Source: Armatimonadota bacterium (GTDB lineage Bacteria > Armatimonadota > SYMT01). From it: 64,000 bases of DNA. The position numbers and the translations under genes are program-made. This document shows positions 1 through 9,491 of the stretch, in pieces (the first letter of the stretch is position 1; each line of letters begins with the position of its first letter). The stretch covers positions 320,001-384,000 of the forward strand of contig JAWLHY010000003.1 of NCBI GenBank assembly GCA_041690135.1, given 5' to 3'. Under the pieces are notes generated by a model. The model was not told the DNA's origin. It did not search any database and was given only the letters and a program-made list of their open reading frames with translations.

Positions 1-327
1 GCGTATTTCGCCTCGGCGCCGTTCCAATTCCGGCTGCGGGCCATCGGCCACGATGAGAGCGTATTGGACGAGCAGACCATCAGCGGCGCGTCGAACGGCA
101 CCTTTCTCTTTGGAGACATTCCCAGCCCACTCCAGTCCAAGTGGGAATGCGTAACGCGCGTGGAAGCCCACCTCGATACCGGCACCGTGGAACTGGACGA
201 CGTCACCTTCGAGGACTGCGACGAGCGGGGCAGCCCCAGCCCTGTTCCCGAACCGGCCTCCCTCGCCCTCTTCCTGCCCGCCCTGGCCGGCGTCGTAGTC
301 CTCCGGCGCCGTCATTTAGGGGGTTAG
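1..327 (+). CDS. PEP-CTERM sorting domain protein, 5' end outside the window
   Basis: The frame is open from base 1. The C-terminus VPEPASLALFLPALAGVVVLRRR is a PEP motif, a transmembrane helix and a basic cluster. Confidence 0.85.
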   Translation, partial: AYFASAPFQFRLRAIGHDESVLDEQTISGASNGTFLFGDIPSPLQSKWECVTRVEAHLDTGTVELDDVTFEDCDERGSPSPVPEPASLALFLPALAGVVVLRRRHLGG

Positions 328-584
328 GCGCAGGAATCCCACCCCGCATGCCGGATGTTGCTAGGATTACAAGGTAGCATCCGGCGTGCTCGGGCAAGGG
401 GTAAGGGGCTCTTGGGGCGAACAGGACCCGGAACTGACGGTGGATCGGAGCCAACCCTCCGGCCTTACTCGGGCCTCCCTCCGGCTCCGGGCACCGCAAC
501 CCGGGGATATTCTCGGCCGTTTGGATGAAGGGGACACGGCCGCCCGACCGGATTGGCCCGGAAGCACGCCCAGGGAGCCCGCAG

Positions 585-2153
585 GTGAACGGACACGAAG
601 CCGCGGTACCGCACGGTATCGACATCACGCCTTTTATTTCCCTGCTGATCATCGCCTCCGTCGTGGCGATGTTCGCGCAGCGGATCCGCCTACCCTATGC
701 CCTCGCGCTGGTGATTACCGGTCTGCTTGTGGGGGCGCCCCATCTCCTGCCGAACGTCCATCTCGAACCGCATACGCTCTTTACGGTGTTCCTGCCGCCG
801 CTGCTGTTCGAATCCGCCATCAACCTCCGCGCGGATATCCTGCGCCGCAACTGGCTGCCGATCGCCATCTTTGCGCTGGCGGGGACCCTGCTGGCGGCCG
901 GGATCGTAGGTGGCCTGGTTCACCTGGCGCTCGGTCTGCCGCTACTGGTGGCCCTGCTGTTCGGGGCGCTCATCTCGCCCACCGACCCGATCTCCGTAAT
1001 TGCCCTCTTCAAACGGCTGGGGGTGGGGAAGCGGCTCGCCGTGCTGGTGGAGGCGGAGAGCCTCTTCAATGATGGCGTGGCGGTGGTCGTCTTCGGAGTG
1101 CTGCTGGGGGCCGTGGGCGGCGCGCAGATCACCGCGGGCGGCACCCTCGTCAAATTCGTGACGGTGGTGGCGGGCGGAGCGGGGATCGGCCTGTTGATCG
1201 GCGCCGCGATGTCCCGCGTGACCCGGTACTTCGACGACCACCTCCTGGAGATCATGCTCACCACGGTGGTGGCGTTCGGCTCCTACCTCTTTGCGGAGGC
1301 GCTCCACGTCTCCGGGGTGATCGCGGTGGTGGTGGCGGGCCTGGTGGTGGGGAACTACGGGATCCCCACCGGCATGTCGCCCACCACCCGCCTGGCGGTC
1401 CACTCCTTCTGGGAGTACGCGGCGTTCGCGGTCAATTCCCTGGTCTTCCTCCTGGTGGGAATCGAGGTCACCTACCTCGATATCTGGGACAAGCTGGTGC
1501 CGATCGGCATCGCCATCGGCGCGGTGCTCGCGGGGCGGGCGGTCAGCATCTACGGGCTGTCGCTCCTGGCGAACGGGATGAAGGCCGATGTGCCGTTTAC
1601 CTGGCAGCACGTCTTCTTCTGGGGCGGCCTGCGGGGTGCGCTCTCCATGGCCCTGGTGCTCAGCCTGCCGCGGGATATGGAGTTCCGGAACACGCTGGTG
1701 GTGCTCACCTTCGGCGTGGTGCTCTTTTCCTTGCTGGCGCAGGGTCTCACGGTGGAGCCGCTGCTCCGGCGCTTGAAACTGGTAGGGAGAGCCTCCCGCG
1801 AGAGCGAGTACAGCCGCATCGTGGGCCAGATGTTCGCGGCCCGGGCCGCCGGTGCAGAGTTGACCCGCATGCACGAAGAGCGGCTGATACCCCGCAACGT
1901 GCTCGAGCCTCTGGGCGAGGCCTACCAGGCCCGCATCGACCGTTTAGAGCAAGAGGCGGAGGCGCTTCACCTCAGTGACGAGGAACTGCGCGCGCGCCAG
2001 ATCTGCGAGGCGAAGCGCCGGGCGTTGATCGCGGAAAAGGCCGCCCTGCAAGAGGCCTGGCGCAGCGGCCTGATCCAGGAGGAGGACCTGCGCCACCTGG
2101 AGGAAGGGATCGACGCGCAACTGGCGGATCTCCAGGCCCAGAACGCCCATTGA
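585..2153 (+). CDS. Na+/H+ antiporter, CPA1 family (NhaP/NhaG-like)
   Basis: Many TM helices; motifs FLPPLLFE, ISPTDPISV, ESLFNDG and GGLRGA. The GTG at 585 follows AGGGAG; the ORF track starts at 525. Confidence 0.9.
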   Translation: MNGHEAAVPHGIDITPFISLLIIASVVAMFAQRIRLPYALALVITGLLVGAPHLLPNVHLEPHTLFTVFLPPLLFESAINLRADILRRNWLPIAIFALAGTLLAAGIVGGLVHLALGLPLLVALLFGALISPTDPISVIALFKRLGVGKRLAVLVEAESLFNDGVAVVVFGVLLGAVGGAQITAGGTLVKFVTVVAGGAGIGLLIGAAMSRVTRYFDDHLLEIMLTTVVAFGSYLFAEALHVSGVIAVVVAGLVVGNYGIPTGMSPTTRLAVHSFWEYAAFAVNSLVFLLVGIEVTYLDIWDKLVPIGIAIGAVLAGRAVSIYGLSLLANGMKADVPFTWQHVFFWGGLRGALSMALVLSLPRDMEFRNTLVVLTFGVVLFSLLAQGLTVEPLLRRLKLVGRASRESEYSRIVGQMFAARAAGAELTRMHEERLIPRNVLEPLGEAYQARIDRLEQEAEALHLSDEELRARQICEAKRRALIAEKAALQEAWRSGLIQEEDLRHLEEGIDAQLADLQAQNAH

Positions 2154-2448
2154 GGAGCATCCATCGGCACCCAATTTGCCGGGTCCTTGGGCGCTCGCCA
2201 AAGTTTTGCAAAAAAGGCGGAACCTGTACGGGCAAGCATGGGTCGTGCCCTTGACCACCTCCATTGCGCCTGCAGACCCTCCACATTCCGGAGATGAATG
2301 GGTAAAATGAAACAAATGTTCTCTCCGGGTGTCGGATTCGATGCGACGGACAGGCAGGTGTGTCGGAACAACCCCCGGGCACTGGCGAGGTAGACCGGTC
2401 CCATCACCGGAAGCCTCCGAGTGTCCTTAAGAAAGGAAACGGGCAGCC

Positions 2449-5328
2449 ATGAACCGCAAGTTGGGAAGCTGCCTGCTGGTCGCGGCCCTCACGCTCTTGA
2501 TGGCGGGAGCGGCCCGAGCGGAGGAATACCGTACGGGTCGGGTCAGCGATCTCCGAGGCAATCTCGCCGTCCGCGGCGAGCATGAGGATGATGTCAGTTA
2601 CCTGGAGCGCAACGCGATCATTCGGGAAGGAGACACTCTCTGGACGGATGATGACGGGCGCGCCGAGATCGAGCTGGAGCGCGGCGCCTGGGTCAGGATG
2701 GCGGAGGACACCAAGCTGGAAGTCCGTAGCCTGCCCCCGAGCGGCGATTTCCGGCTCTGGACGGGCTCGGTCTACTTCGACGTTTCCGAGCGGATCGAAT
2801 CCCCGATCCGGCTCAAGACGCCGGTCGGCGACGTAGACGTTGAGCCGAACAGTGTGGTCCGTGTCGATCTGAACGAATCGCTCAGCGCGCGGGTGAGTGT
2901 GTGGAACGGCCGCGCCCGGGTCTACCCCGAGCGGGGCTCTTCGTTGCGCGTGGGCGTCGGCGAACGCATCTACCTGGAGCCGGACCGCCCCCTGGATGAC
3001 CCGCGGCGCTTCGATCGCGGTGACCTCGATGGGTTCGATCGCTTTCACCGCGAGCGGATCGACTACTATATCAACCGACCCCTGCCTCGCGAGCTGGAGC
3101 GGGAGATCGTCGGCGCCCGCGACCTGAATGATTACGGCTCCTGGGTCGTAGTCGATCGAGTCTCGTATTGGCGGCCCCGCTGCGAGCCGGGCTGGCGCCC
3201 CTACTCGCAGGGTTATTGGAGCTGGGTGCCGGGTTACGGCCAGACCTGGGTCGACTACTCGCCCTGGGGGTACACCACCTCGCACTACGGAAGCTGGATG
3301 TACCGACCCGTCTACGGGTGGCTCTGGTGCCCCAGCTACACCTGGCGACCCCACTATGTCCACTGGGGTTCGTACGGGAACTACTATGGTTGGTGCCCGA
3401 TCGATCCGTGGGGAGTGCCGGCCTATTACCCGGGCAGCGGGTTCAGCATCGGGTTCGGGACGGGTAGCTTCTTCTTCGACTATCGTAGCTGGTCGTTCTG
3501 CGACCGCGACCGGTTCTTCTACGGTCGTCATCACTGGCGCCATCCGGACTTCGACCGCCGCGGGCGGCGACAGTTCTTCACGGCGCACGATATTTCGGTG
3601 AAGAACCACGGCTTCAACCTGGTGAAGGACCCGCACCGGGAGTTCGGCGCGCCGAAGTCGCAGGTGCGCGGCCTGACCTTCGGCGGGAACGGCCGATTGG
3701 CCCGGGAACGCGTGCTGGCCTTTGAAAACAAGCTGCCGGCCACCGGTCTCAAGCGGATCGAGAACCGGTTCGGCGTGCCAGCCACGCGGGACCGTGAGTT
3801 CGCCCAGCGGGGCAGCGATATCCCGCAGCTCCAGCGCGGCACCGGCGTGAAGATCGACGACCGGATCGTTCGCGGCGACGACGCGGCAAAACGGGTCTTC
3901 GGCGGCCGGCGCCCCGATGCCGGACGTCCCCAGTCCGGTCGACCGGGTGACGGCCAGCCGGGCGGACGCGGTCTCAAACCGAGCCCCATCGCCCCGCAGC
4001 CCGGGAGCCGGGACGGAAATGCGGACGGCAACAAGCCGGGTCTCGGTCGTCCCCAGGGCGGCAACGATCAACCGGGGCAGTCTCCCGCGGATCGACCTTC
4101 GGGAGTGAAACCGGGCGGATCGGACCGGGATGGTGGCTTCCGCCGCGGACTTCCCGGCGTGGGCCGGGGCCGGGATGGGCAGCCGGGCGATGCCAACCCG
4201 GGGGCCGGTGGGCTCAAGCCGGGCAGCCGGCCCGGCGATTCCGGAGCGGGAGTTTCCCGCCCGGGCGATAGCCGCAACGACAACGGCCCGAAGCCGGGAT
4301 TGGGCACCCAGCCTGGGACGGATCGTGACCGTACCGGTCGTGATTCGCCCTTCCGCCGGGGAGATGGTTCGTCCACGGATAAAGGTGACGCCCAGCGGCG
4401 CTTCGAGCCGCGGACCTCGCCGCGAGAGGACCGGGGCCGCTCGTCGGAGCCTTCGCGCGACCGGGGCTCCAACAAACCGCAGCCGAAGTCCTCGGAGTTT
4501 GGTGGTGGAATCGGTTCCCAGCCCAACTTCCGGGACTTCCCCCTGCGCGGAACACCCTCCACTCCGCAAGACCGGACGGGATCCGCGGGCCGGGACGACA
4601 GTCCTTTCCGGCGAGGAGAGGGGCGCGCTCCTGGTGCGCCGGTCACCTCGCCGCGGGGCAACCTGACGCCGAGCCCGAGTGGTCCTGCCCGACCGCTGGA
4701 AGGCGACCGCACCCGCCCGCCGGACCCGCCCAAGCCGGGGGGTTCGTTCCGGGATCCGGGGACGCCTGCCACCCGCTTCCCCAGCTCGGGGGTTCCGGCG
4801 GATCGGGACGGGGCTTTCCGCCGTGGCACCGGCAGCGATAGTGGCAGCGGTAGCCCGTTTACGGGGCGGCCGTCCACCGGCAGCAACCCTTCGGGGTCCA
4901 CCTACGACCGGGGCAGCAGCGGCAGCCGCTCCCCGTTCGGGAGCCCGGCGCAGGGGAGTCGGAGTCCGTCGTACGACCGGTCGCCTTCGGGTTCCGGTCG
5001 GGGTAGCTACAGCCCGCCCACCAGCAACTCGCCCTCCAGCCGGGGCAGCTTCGGAGGCGGTAGCTCCTCCTATTCACGGGGTAGCTACTCCTCTCCGGGA
5101 TACTCGAGAGGCAGCAGCGGCTCCTCGTCGCGCGGGTCGTTCGGAAGCGGCAGCTCCTCGCCCTCTCGTGGCAGCTACGGCAGCCGCGGGTCGTATGGAA
5201 GCTCCCGCTCCTTCAGCGGTGGTTCCCGTTCATCGGGCAGTCGCAGCTTCGGGTCGTCTCGCAGCTCCGGATCTTCGTCCCGGGGCGGGGGAGGCGGCTC
5301 ATCCCGCGGCGGCAGATCGGGACGCTAA
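2449..5328 (+). CDS. Secreted FecR-like/DUF6600-type protein with a long low-complexity G/R/S/P tail
   Basis: Signal peptide, then a FecR-like region (GDTLWTDDDGRAEIEL), a W/Y/P-rich segment (GWRPY..GYWSW..PWGY..HYGSW..GWLWCP) and roughly 470 aa of disordered tail. AAGGA lies upstream. Confidence 0.75.
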   Translation: MNRKLGSCLLVAALTLLMAGAARAEEYRTGRVSDLRGNLAVRGEHEDDVSYLERNAIIREGDTLWTDDDGRAEIELERGAWVRMAEDTKLEVRSLPPSGDFRLWTGSVYFDVSERIESPIRLKTPVGDVDVEPNSVVRVDLNESLSARVSVWNGRARVYPERGSSLRVGVGERIYLEPDRPLDDPRRFDRGDLDGFDRFHRERIDYYINRPLPRELEREIVGARDLNDYGSWVVVDRVSYWRPRCEPGWRPYSQGYWSWVPGYGQTWVDYSPWGYTTSHYGSWMYRPVYGWLWCPSYTWRPHYVHWGSYGNYYGWCPIDPWGVPAYYPGSGFSIGFGTGSFFFDYRSWSFCDRDRFFYGRHHWRHPDFDRRGRRQFFTAHDISVKNHGFNLVKDPHREFGAPKSQVRGLTFGGNGRLARERVLAFENKLPATGLKRIENRFGVPATRDREFAQRGSDIPQLQRGTGVKIDDRIVRGDDAAKRVFGGRRPDAGRPQSGRPGDGQPGGRGLKPSPIAPQPGSRDGNADGNKPGLGRPQGGNDQPGQSPADRPSGVKPGGSDRDGGFRRGLPGVGRGRDGQPGDANPGAGGLKPGSRPGDSGAGVSRPGDSRNDNGPKPGLGTQPGTDRDRTGRDSPFRRGDGSSTDKGDAQRRFEPRTSPREDRGRSSEPSRDRGSNKPQPKSSEFGGGIGSQPNFRDFPLRGTPSTPQDRTGSAGRDDSPFRRGEGRAPGAPVTSPRGNLTPSPSGPARPLEGDRTRPPDPPKPGGSFRDPGTPATRFPSSGVPADRDGAFRRGTGSDSGSGSPFTGRPSTGSNPSGSTYDRGSSGSRSPFGSPAQGSRSPSYDRSPSGSGRGSYSPPTSNSPSSRGSFGGGSSSYSRGSYSSPGYSRGSSGSSSRGSFGSGSSSPSRGSYGSRGSYGSSRSFSGGSRSSGSRSFGSSRSSGSSSRGGGGGSSRGGRSGR

Positions 5329-5346
5329 CCGGATAGGTTAGCTCGA

Positions 5347-5390
5347 CAAAAGAAGACCGGCGGGCCTGGAGGCCCGCCGGTCTTCTTTTG
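5347..5390. terminator. Bidirectional intrinsic terminator
   Basis: Perfect 20-bp inverted repeat caaaagaagaccggcgggcc-tgga-ggcccgccggtcttcttttg with A/T tracts at both ends. Confidence 0.9.
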
Positions 5391-5662
5391 TTTCACCCTT
5401 ATCAGGTACAATCCAGGTAGGTCGATAGCTGCAGCCTCAATCCAGGCAGGGGAATCAGTTGTAGGCGGGTGCAATCCAGCAAGTCTCTGGACAAGGCACC
5501 TGTAGGGAACGTCGCGCCGTAGCGTTCCGACGGTAAGGAGTTGATCCCGCCATGCCAACTCGTAGCGATCCAGAGCGGCGAGCACCGCTGACGCGCATCT
5601 GCACGGGCCTCAAAAGCTGCTCTGCTGCTTCGGTAGACCCACTATCACCGATCAGGGCTCCC

Positions 5663-6583
5663 ATGAAGAAAAAGCTGGCGATACTCACCGGGCCGACGGC
5701 CGTGGGGAAGACGGAGATCTCCCTCGACGTGGCCCAGCGGCTCGCGACGGAGATCCTCTCCGCGGACTCCATGGCGGTCTACCGGCGGATGGATGCCGCC
5801 ACGGCCAAACCCAGCCGGGAAGAGCGCACCCGGGTGCCGCACCACCTGATCGACATCGTGGACCCGACCGAACCGTTCACGGTGGCCGACTACCGGGACC
5901 ACGCTGTTCCGGTCATCGAGCGCCTCTTCGCGGAAGATCGGACCCCGCTGCTGGTGGGGGGCACCCGGCTTTACCTGCTCTCCCTCACGCAATCGTTCGT
6001 CACCGGTCCGGAGCCGGACCCGGAGTACCGCCGCAGCCTTCAGGACCGCGCCAGCGAGGAGCTCCACGCGGAGTTAGCGCAGGTAGACCCCGCCACGGCC
6101 GCCTGGGTGCACCCCGCCGACCGGAAGCGGATCGTCCGCGCGCTGGAGGTGTGGCATACCACGGGGCAGCCGATCTCCCAGCAGCAGGCGGCCAGCCGAG
6201 AAGTGGGCGGCCTCTACGATGCCGTGTGGGTGGCACTGGTTCGGGACCGGGAAGAGCTGTACCGGCGAGTGGACGAGCGGGTGGACGCCATGATCCGCAA
6301 CGGCCTGGTCGAGGAAGTCCGCGGCTTCCTCGCCGAAGGCCTCACCGCCGACACTCCCTCCATGGCCGGCCACGGCTACAAGGAGATCCTGCGCGCCCTC
6401 ACCGGCGAGTACGACCTGGAAGAAGGCATCCGCCTCCTGAAGCGGAACACCCGCCGCTACGTGAAGTACCAGCTCATGTGGCTCCGCGGCCTGCCCCAGG
6501 TGCACTACGTGAGGGCGGATCAGGACCACTCCGCCGCCGTCGAGCAGGTCGTTCAGCATTTTACACGGGACTCGGGCGCGTAA
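5663..6583 (+). CDS. miaA: tRNA dimethylallyltransferase
   Basis: GPTAVGKT P-loop, SADSMAVY, PHHLID, VGGTRLY and TRRYVKYQ. The likely start is MKKK at 5663. Confidence 0.95.
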   Translation: MKKKLAILTGPTAVGKTEISLDVAQRLATEILSADSMAVYRRMDAATAKPSREERTRVPHHLIDIVDPTEPFTVADYRDHAVPVIERLFAEDRTPLLVGGTRLYLLSLTQSFVTGPEPDPEYRRSLQDRASEELHAELAQVDPATAAWVHPADRKRIVRALEVWHTTGQPISQQQAASREVGGLYDAVWVALVRDREELYRRVDERVDAMIRNGLVEEVRGFLAEGLTADTPSMAGHGYKEILRALTGEYDLEEGIRLLKRNTRRYVKYQLMWLRGLPQVHYVRADQDHSAAVEQVVQHFTRDSGA

Positions 6584-6739
6584 CGCGTAAATCTGCCGCA
6601 GGACTGCTGGGCTCGTGCGGTGCCGCGCCGTAGCACGAGATGCGTTCCTCGGGCCATCCCGCGAAACGTGAAGGTCTGGGGCCAGGGAGTCGTTGTGACA
6701 ACCTGTCTTACACACAGGCACCCGACCGGAAGCTCCGCA

Positions 6740-6940
6740 CCCTTCACGTCCTCGGGCTTCACGTTTCACGTATCATCCGTCCAGCCCCACGCCTTCACGC
6801 ACGCACGACGTTCAAGCCCGAGGTAACACTTCTGCCGCTACGCACGAAGGCCTCACGCCTCACTCACCTGAACGAGACCCAATCTCTGCCTCCGCACCCG
6901 CTACGCACGAAAGCCACGCCCCGCGCATATTCCCTTCACG
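6740..6940. repeat. Short direct repeats: (C/T)TTCACG x5 and CCGCTACGCACGAA x2
   Basis: Seen directly in the miaA to ECF intergenic region. Confidence 0.55.
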
Positions 6941-6985
6941 GATTCCGGGCCCTATCCCGTCTTTCATGGGTGGGAGGGCGCTTGA

Positions 6986-7588
6986 TTGGAAGCGGGCTAT
7001 CCGGAAGCGGACCTGGTAACGCGGGCAAAAGAGGGGGACGCGAGCGCGTTCGTGCAGTTGTGCGAGCTGCACCGCGCGCGGATCTGGCGAATCGTGGCGT
7101 CCGTGGCCCGGGGCGCCGATGGGGAGGACCTGGCGCAGGAGGCCATCCTTCGCGCCTATCGGGGTCTCCACCGCTACCAGGGGGAAGCGCCGTTTGAGGC
7201 CTGGCTCTGCCGGATCGCCGTGAACGTGGCGCACGACCACCTGCGGTCGGCGTGGCGCCGGCGGGTCACCTTATTCGAGCGGGCGCCGGATGATGCCTCC
7301 ATGCCGCCCGAGGATCCGGAGAACCTGGCCGAGAGACGTGAACTCCAGCGGCGGGTCCGTCGGGCCGTCGCGGGGCTGCCGGAGAACCAACGGGTGCCGA
7401 TCTGGCTGCACTATTTCGAGGGCTTCTCGCTGGCGGAAGTCTCGCGACTGGAAGGGACACCCGAGCCTACCGTCCGGAGCCGGGTGAAGGCCGGTCTCAA
7501 GCGTCTCTCCCAGTCCCTTCAGGACCTTCTCCCCCCACCGGAGCAGGCGCTGCAGTTCGAAGCCGATGTGAAAGGGTGTGGAGCATGA
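6986..7588 (+). CDS. ECF RNA polymerase sigma-70 factor
   Basis: Region 2 (EDLAQEAILRAY..FEAWLCRIAVN) and region 4 (EGFSLAEVS..TVRSRV). GGAGG precedes the TTG start. Confidence 0.92.
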   Translation: MEAGYPEADLVTRAKEGDASAFVQLCELHRARIWRIVASVARGADGEDLAQEAILRAYRGLHRYQGEAPFEAWLCRIAVNVAHDHLRSAWRRRVTLFERAPDDASMPPEDPENLAERRELQRRVRRAVAGLPENQRVPIWLHYFEGFSLAEVSRLEGTPEPTVRSRVKAGLKRLSQSLQDLLPPPEQALQFEADVKGCGA

Positions 7589-8409
7589 GTACGCCGGATC
7601 GTGCGGGGCGGGAATCGGAGCTCGAGCCGGTCGAGGGGCTACTGCGGGAAGCGGCCGCGTGGGAGCCGGATGCTCCCGCGCCGGAAGGCCTGGCGGCACG
7701 AGCGCTGACCGTCGAGCTCAATCGACAGTCGGAAGCAGAAGAGCGACGGAAACAGCAGGCCCGGGTCGGGCTCTTCGGCGGCCTGTTTCTGGGTGCCAGC
7801 GCCGTCTCTGCTTCCGTGGCGCTCGCCTTCATCCGGCTGGCTCCCGCGCAGCCTCCGACGGAGAGGGGGGTCTCACCTAGGGCCAGCCGGGTGGAACAAC
7901 CGCTCTCGGACGCGGAATTGGAGAGGCCCGAGCGGAGCACCCCCGGAAAAAGCGTCGCCCCTGCACCCGCCGTCTCCACTACTGCTGCGCTCCGGAATGA
8001 TCGGAACCGCTTCCTCCCGCGGAGCCGCCGGAGCGTCGCTTACTCGCGGCCGGCACGGGACCGCCGGCCGACCCTTACCGCCGCGGCGCGCGCCGTGGAG
8101 CCCCCGGCTGCAGTATGGCGCGAGGAGAGGGTGCGCCACGAGGTAGCCGGGATGATTTCCACCGGATGGCTCCTGCATCAGGACCCCGAAAGCGGGGCCC
8201 TGGTCTTGAGCCCCGGGGTGCTCGATCTGCCGGCCCTGGCCCAAACCACGACAGCTACCTGTGAGAGCCCCGAAGCGGTGGAGATGTTGGAGGTGCCCGC
8301 ACAACCGGAGCCGGTCTCTTCCGCTCCGGATGCGGCAGCCGCGGAGCGCCCATCCGCAACCGGCTCCGGTGCAGCGCCCCCGGAGTCAGCACCGGTGGCA
8401 GAACCTTGA
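7585..8409 (+). CDS. Single-pass membrane protein, putative anti-sigma factor
   Basis: ATGA overlap with the ECF stop codon; one TM helix (VGLFGGLFLGASAVSASVALAFI) followed by a Pro/Ala-rich region. The function is inferred from context. Confidence 0.55.
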   Translation: MSTPDRAGRESELEPVEGLLREAAAWEPDAPAPEGLAARALTVELNRQSEAEERRKQQARVGLFGGLFLGASAVSASVALAFIRLAPAQPPTERGVSPRASRVEQPLSDAELERPERSTPGKSVAPAPAVSTTAALRNDRNRFLPRSRRSVAYSRPARDRRPTLTAAARAVEPPAAVWREERVRHEVAGMISTGWLLHQDPESGALVLSPGVLDLPALAQTTTATCESPEAVEMLEVPAQPEPVSSAPDAAAAERPSATGSGAAPPESAPVAEP

Positions 8410-8494
8410 CCCACTTCCGATCCGTCCGATCCGCATCCCTAGCCCAGATTTCTCTATCGAAACCTGACTTCTAACGATCCAGAGGAGTGACACC

Positions 8495-9388
8495 ATGCGC
8501 AGTACCGGGTTCATCACCGCCGCCGTTCTCATCCTGGGCGCCGCCGCGACCGCCGGGGCCCAGTCCAACGCGGCCCCGGCCCAACCGCTGCGGCCGGCCG
8601 CGCCCCGGAACGCCCCTGCACGAGCTATCACCGTGCGGCCCGCGAAGCCCCAGGCACCCCGGCAACCTACCGTAGCCCAGCAACTCGCTGAATCGAAGCA
8701 GCACCTACTCCACGCCCTCACCATCCACGATAACGCGCGAGTGAGCCTGGATGTACAGGATTTGCTGGTCACCGATGCGCTCAAGCAGGCCCTGCAAAGT
8801 GCCGGTAAGGAGTTCATACTCGATCCGGATCTCCCGGCAGAACGCCGGGTGACCCTCAAGGCGCAGGACGTGAAGCTCTCCACCGCGCTCGATCTCATTA
8901 CCCAGTCGGCCGGTGCGGGTTGGCGCGTCGAATTGCGCGACGGAAAGCCAACCTATCGGGTGGGTAAATCGATGCGGACCGCCTTTGGCACTGTCGGCTT
9001 GAACTTCAGTGAAATCCGTCCGGAAACGCTTCGGGAGCAACTCCTTAACGTGCCGGAGATCACGCGCCAGTTCATCCCCCACGTGAACAACCTTTACCTG
9101 TTCGGGGCGGATGAGGAGCGGTCCACGTTCCACTGCCCCCACTGCAAGGGCCAGACGACCATGATCCGGCAGCGCCAGCAGCCCAAGTGCACGAAATGCA
9201 GTCGGGTCTTCCAGAAGGACTGGCAGTTCTGCCCCGCGGACGGCTCCAAGCGCCCCGCCGCGCCCAGCCAGTGGAAGTTCTGCCCGCACTGCGGCAAGGA
9301 AGTGAAGCCGGAGAAGGCCGCCATTCGCCTCACGCCTCCGACGGTACCCGATGCGGACGCGGTGGAGATAGAGGTCCGCCGCTTCTAG
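8495..9388 (+). CDS. Exported protein with an STN-like domain and a C-terminal double zinc ribbon
   Basis: Signal peptide; VSLDVQD..V.DAL..VTL..DV.L..ALDLI (secretin/TonB short N-terminal-like); CPHC, CTKC, FCPAD and FCPHC motifs. GAGGAG SD. Confidence 0.65.
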   Translation: MRSTGFITAAVLILGAAATAGAQSNAAPAQPLRPAAPRNAPARAITVRPAKPQAPRQPTVAQQLAESKQHLLHALTIHDNARVSLDVQDLLVTDALKQALQSAGKEFILDPDLPAERRVTLKAQDVKLSTALDLITQSAGAGWRVELRDGKPTYRVGKSMRTAFGTVGLNFSEIRPETLREQLLNVPEITRQFIPHVNNLYLFGADEERSTFHCPHCKGQTTMIRQRQQPKCTKCSRVFQKDWQFCPADGSKRPAAPSQWKFCPHCGKEVKPEKAAIRLTPPTVPDADAVEIEVRRF

Positions 9389-9412
9389 GTGCTCCCACCA
9401 CCGGCAATGACA

Positions 9413-9469
9413 GACAGAAGGGGGAAGGGAAACGCTCCGGCCATCAGCGTCTCCCTTCCCCCTTCTGTC
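9413..9469. terminator. 24-bp hairpin between convergent genes
   Basis: gacagaagggggaagggaaacgct ... agcgtctcccttcccccttctgtc with one mismatch. Confidence 0.6.
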
Positions 9470-9491
9470 CACTCGCCCTCGGTTTCTACTC

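Noticed and set aside
2404-4569. 721-aa minus-strand ORF
   Set aside because: Antisense to the FecR/DUF6600 gene, with no recognisable domain.
5325-5585. 86-aa minus-strand ORF in a lower-GC spacer
   Set aside because: It runs through the terminator hairpin, has no SD and no recognisable motif. It could be a gene remnant but is unsupported.
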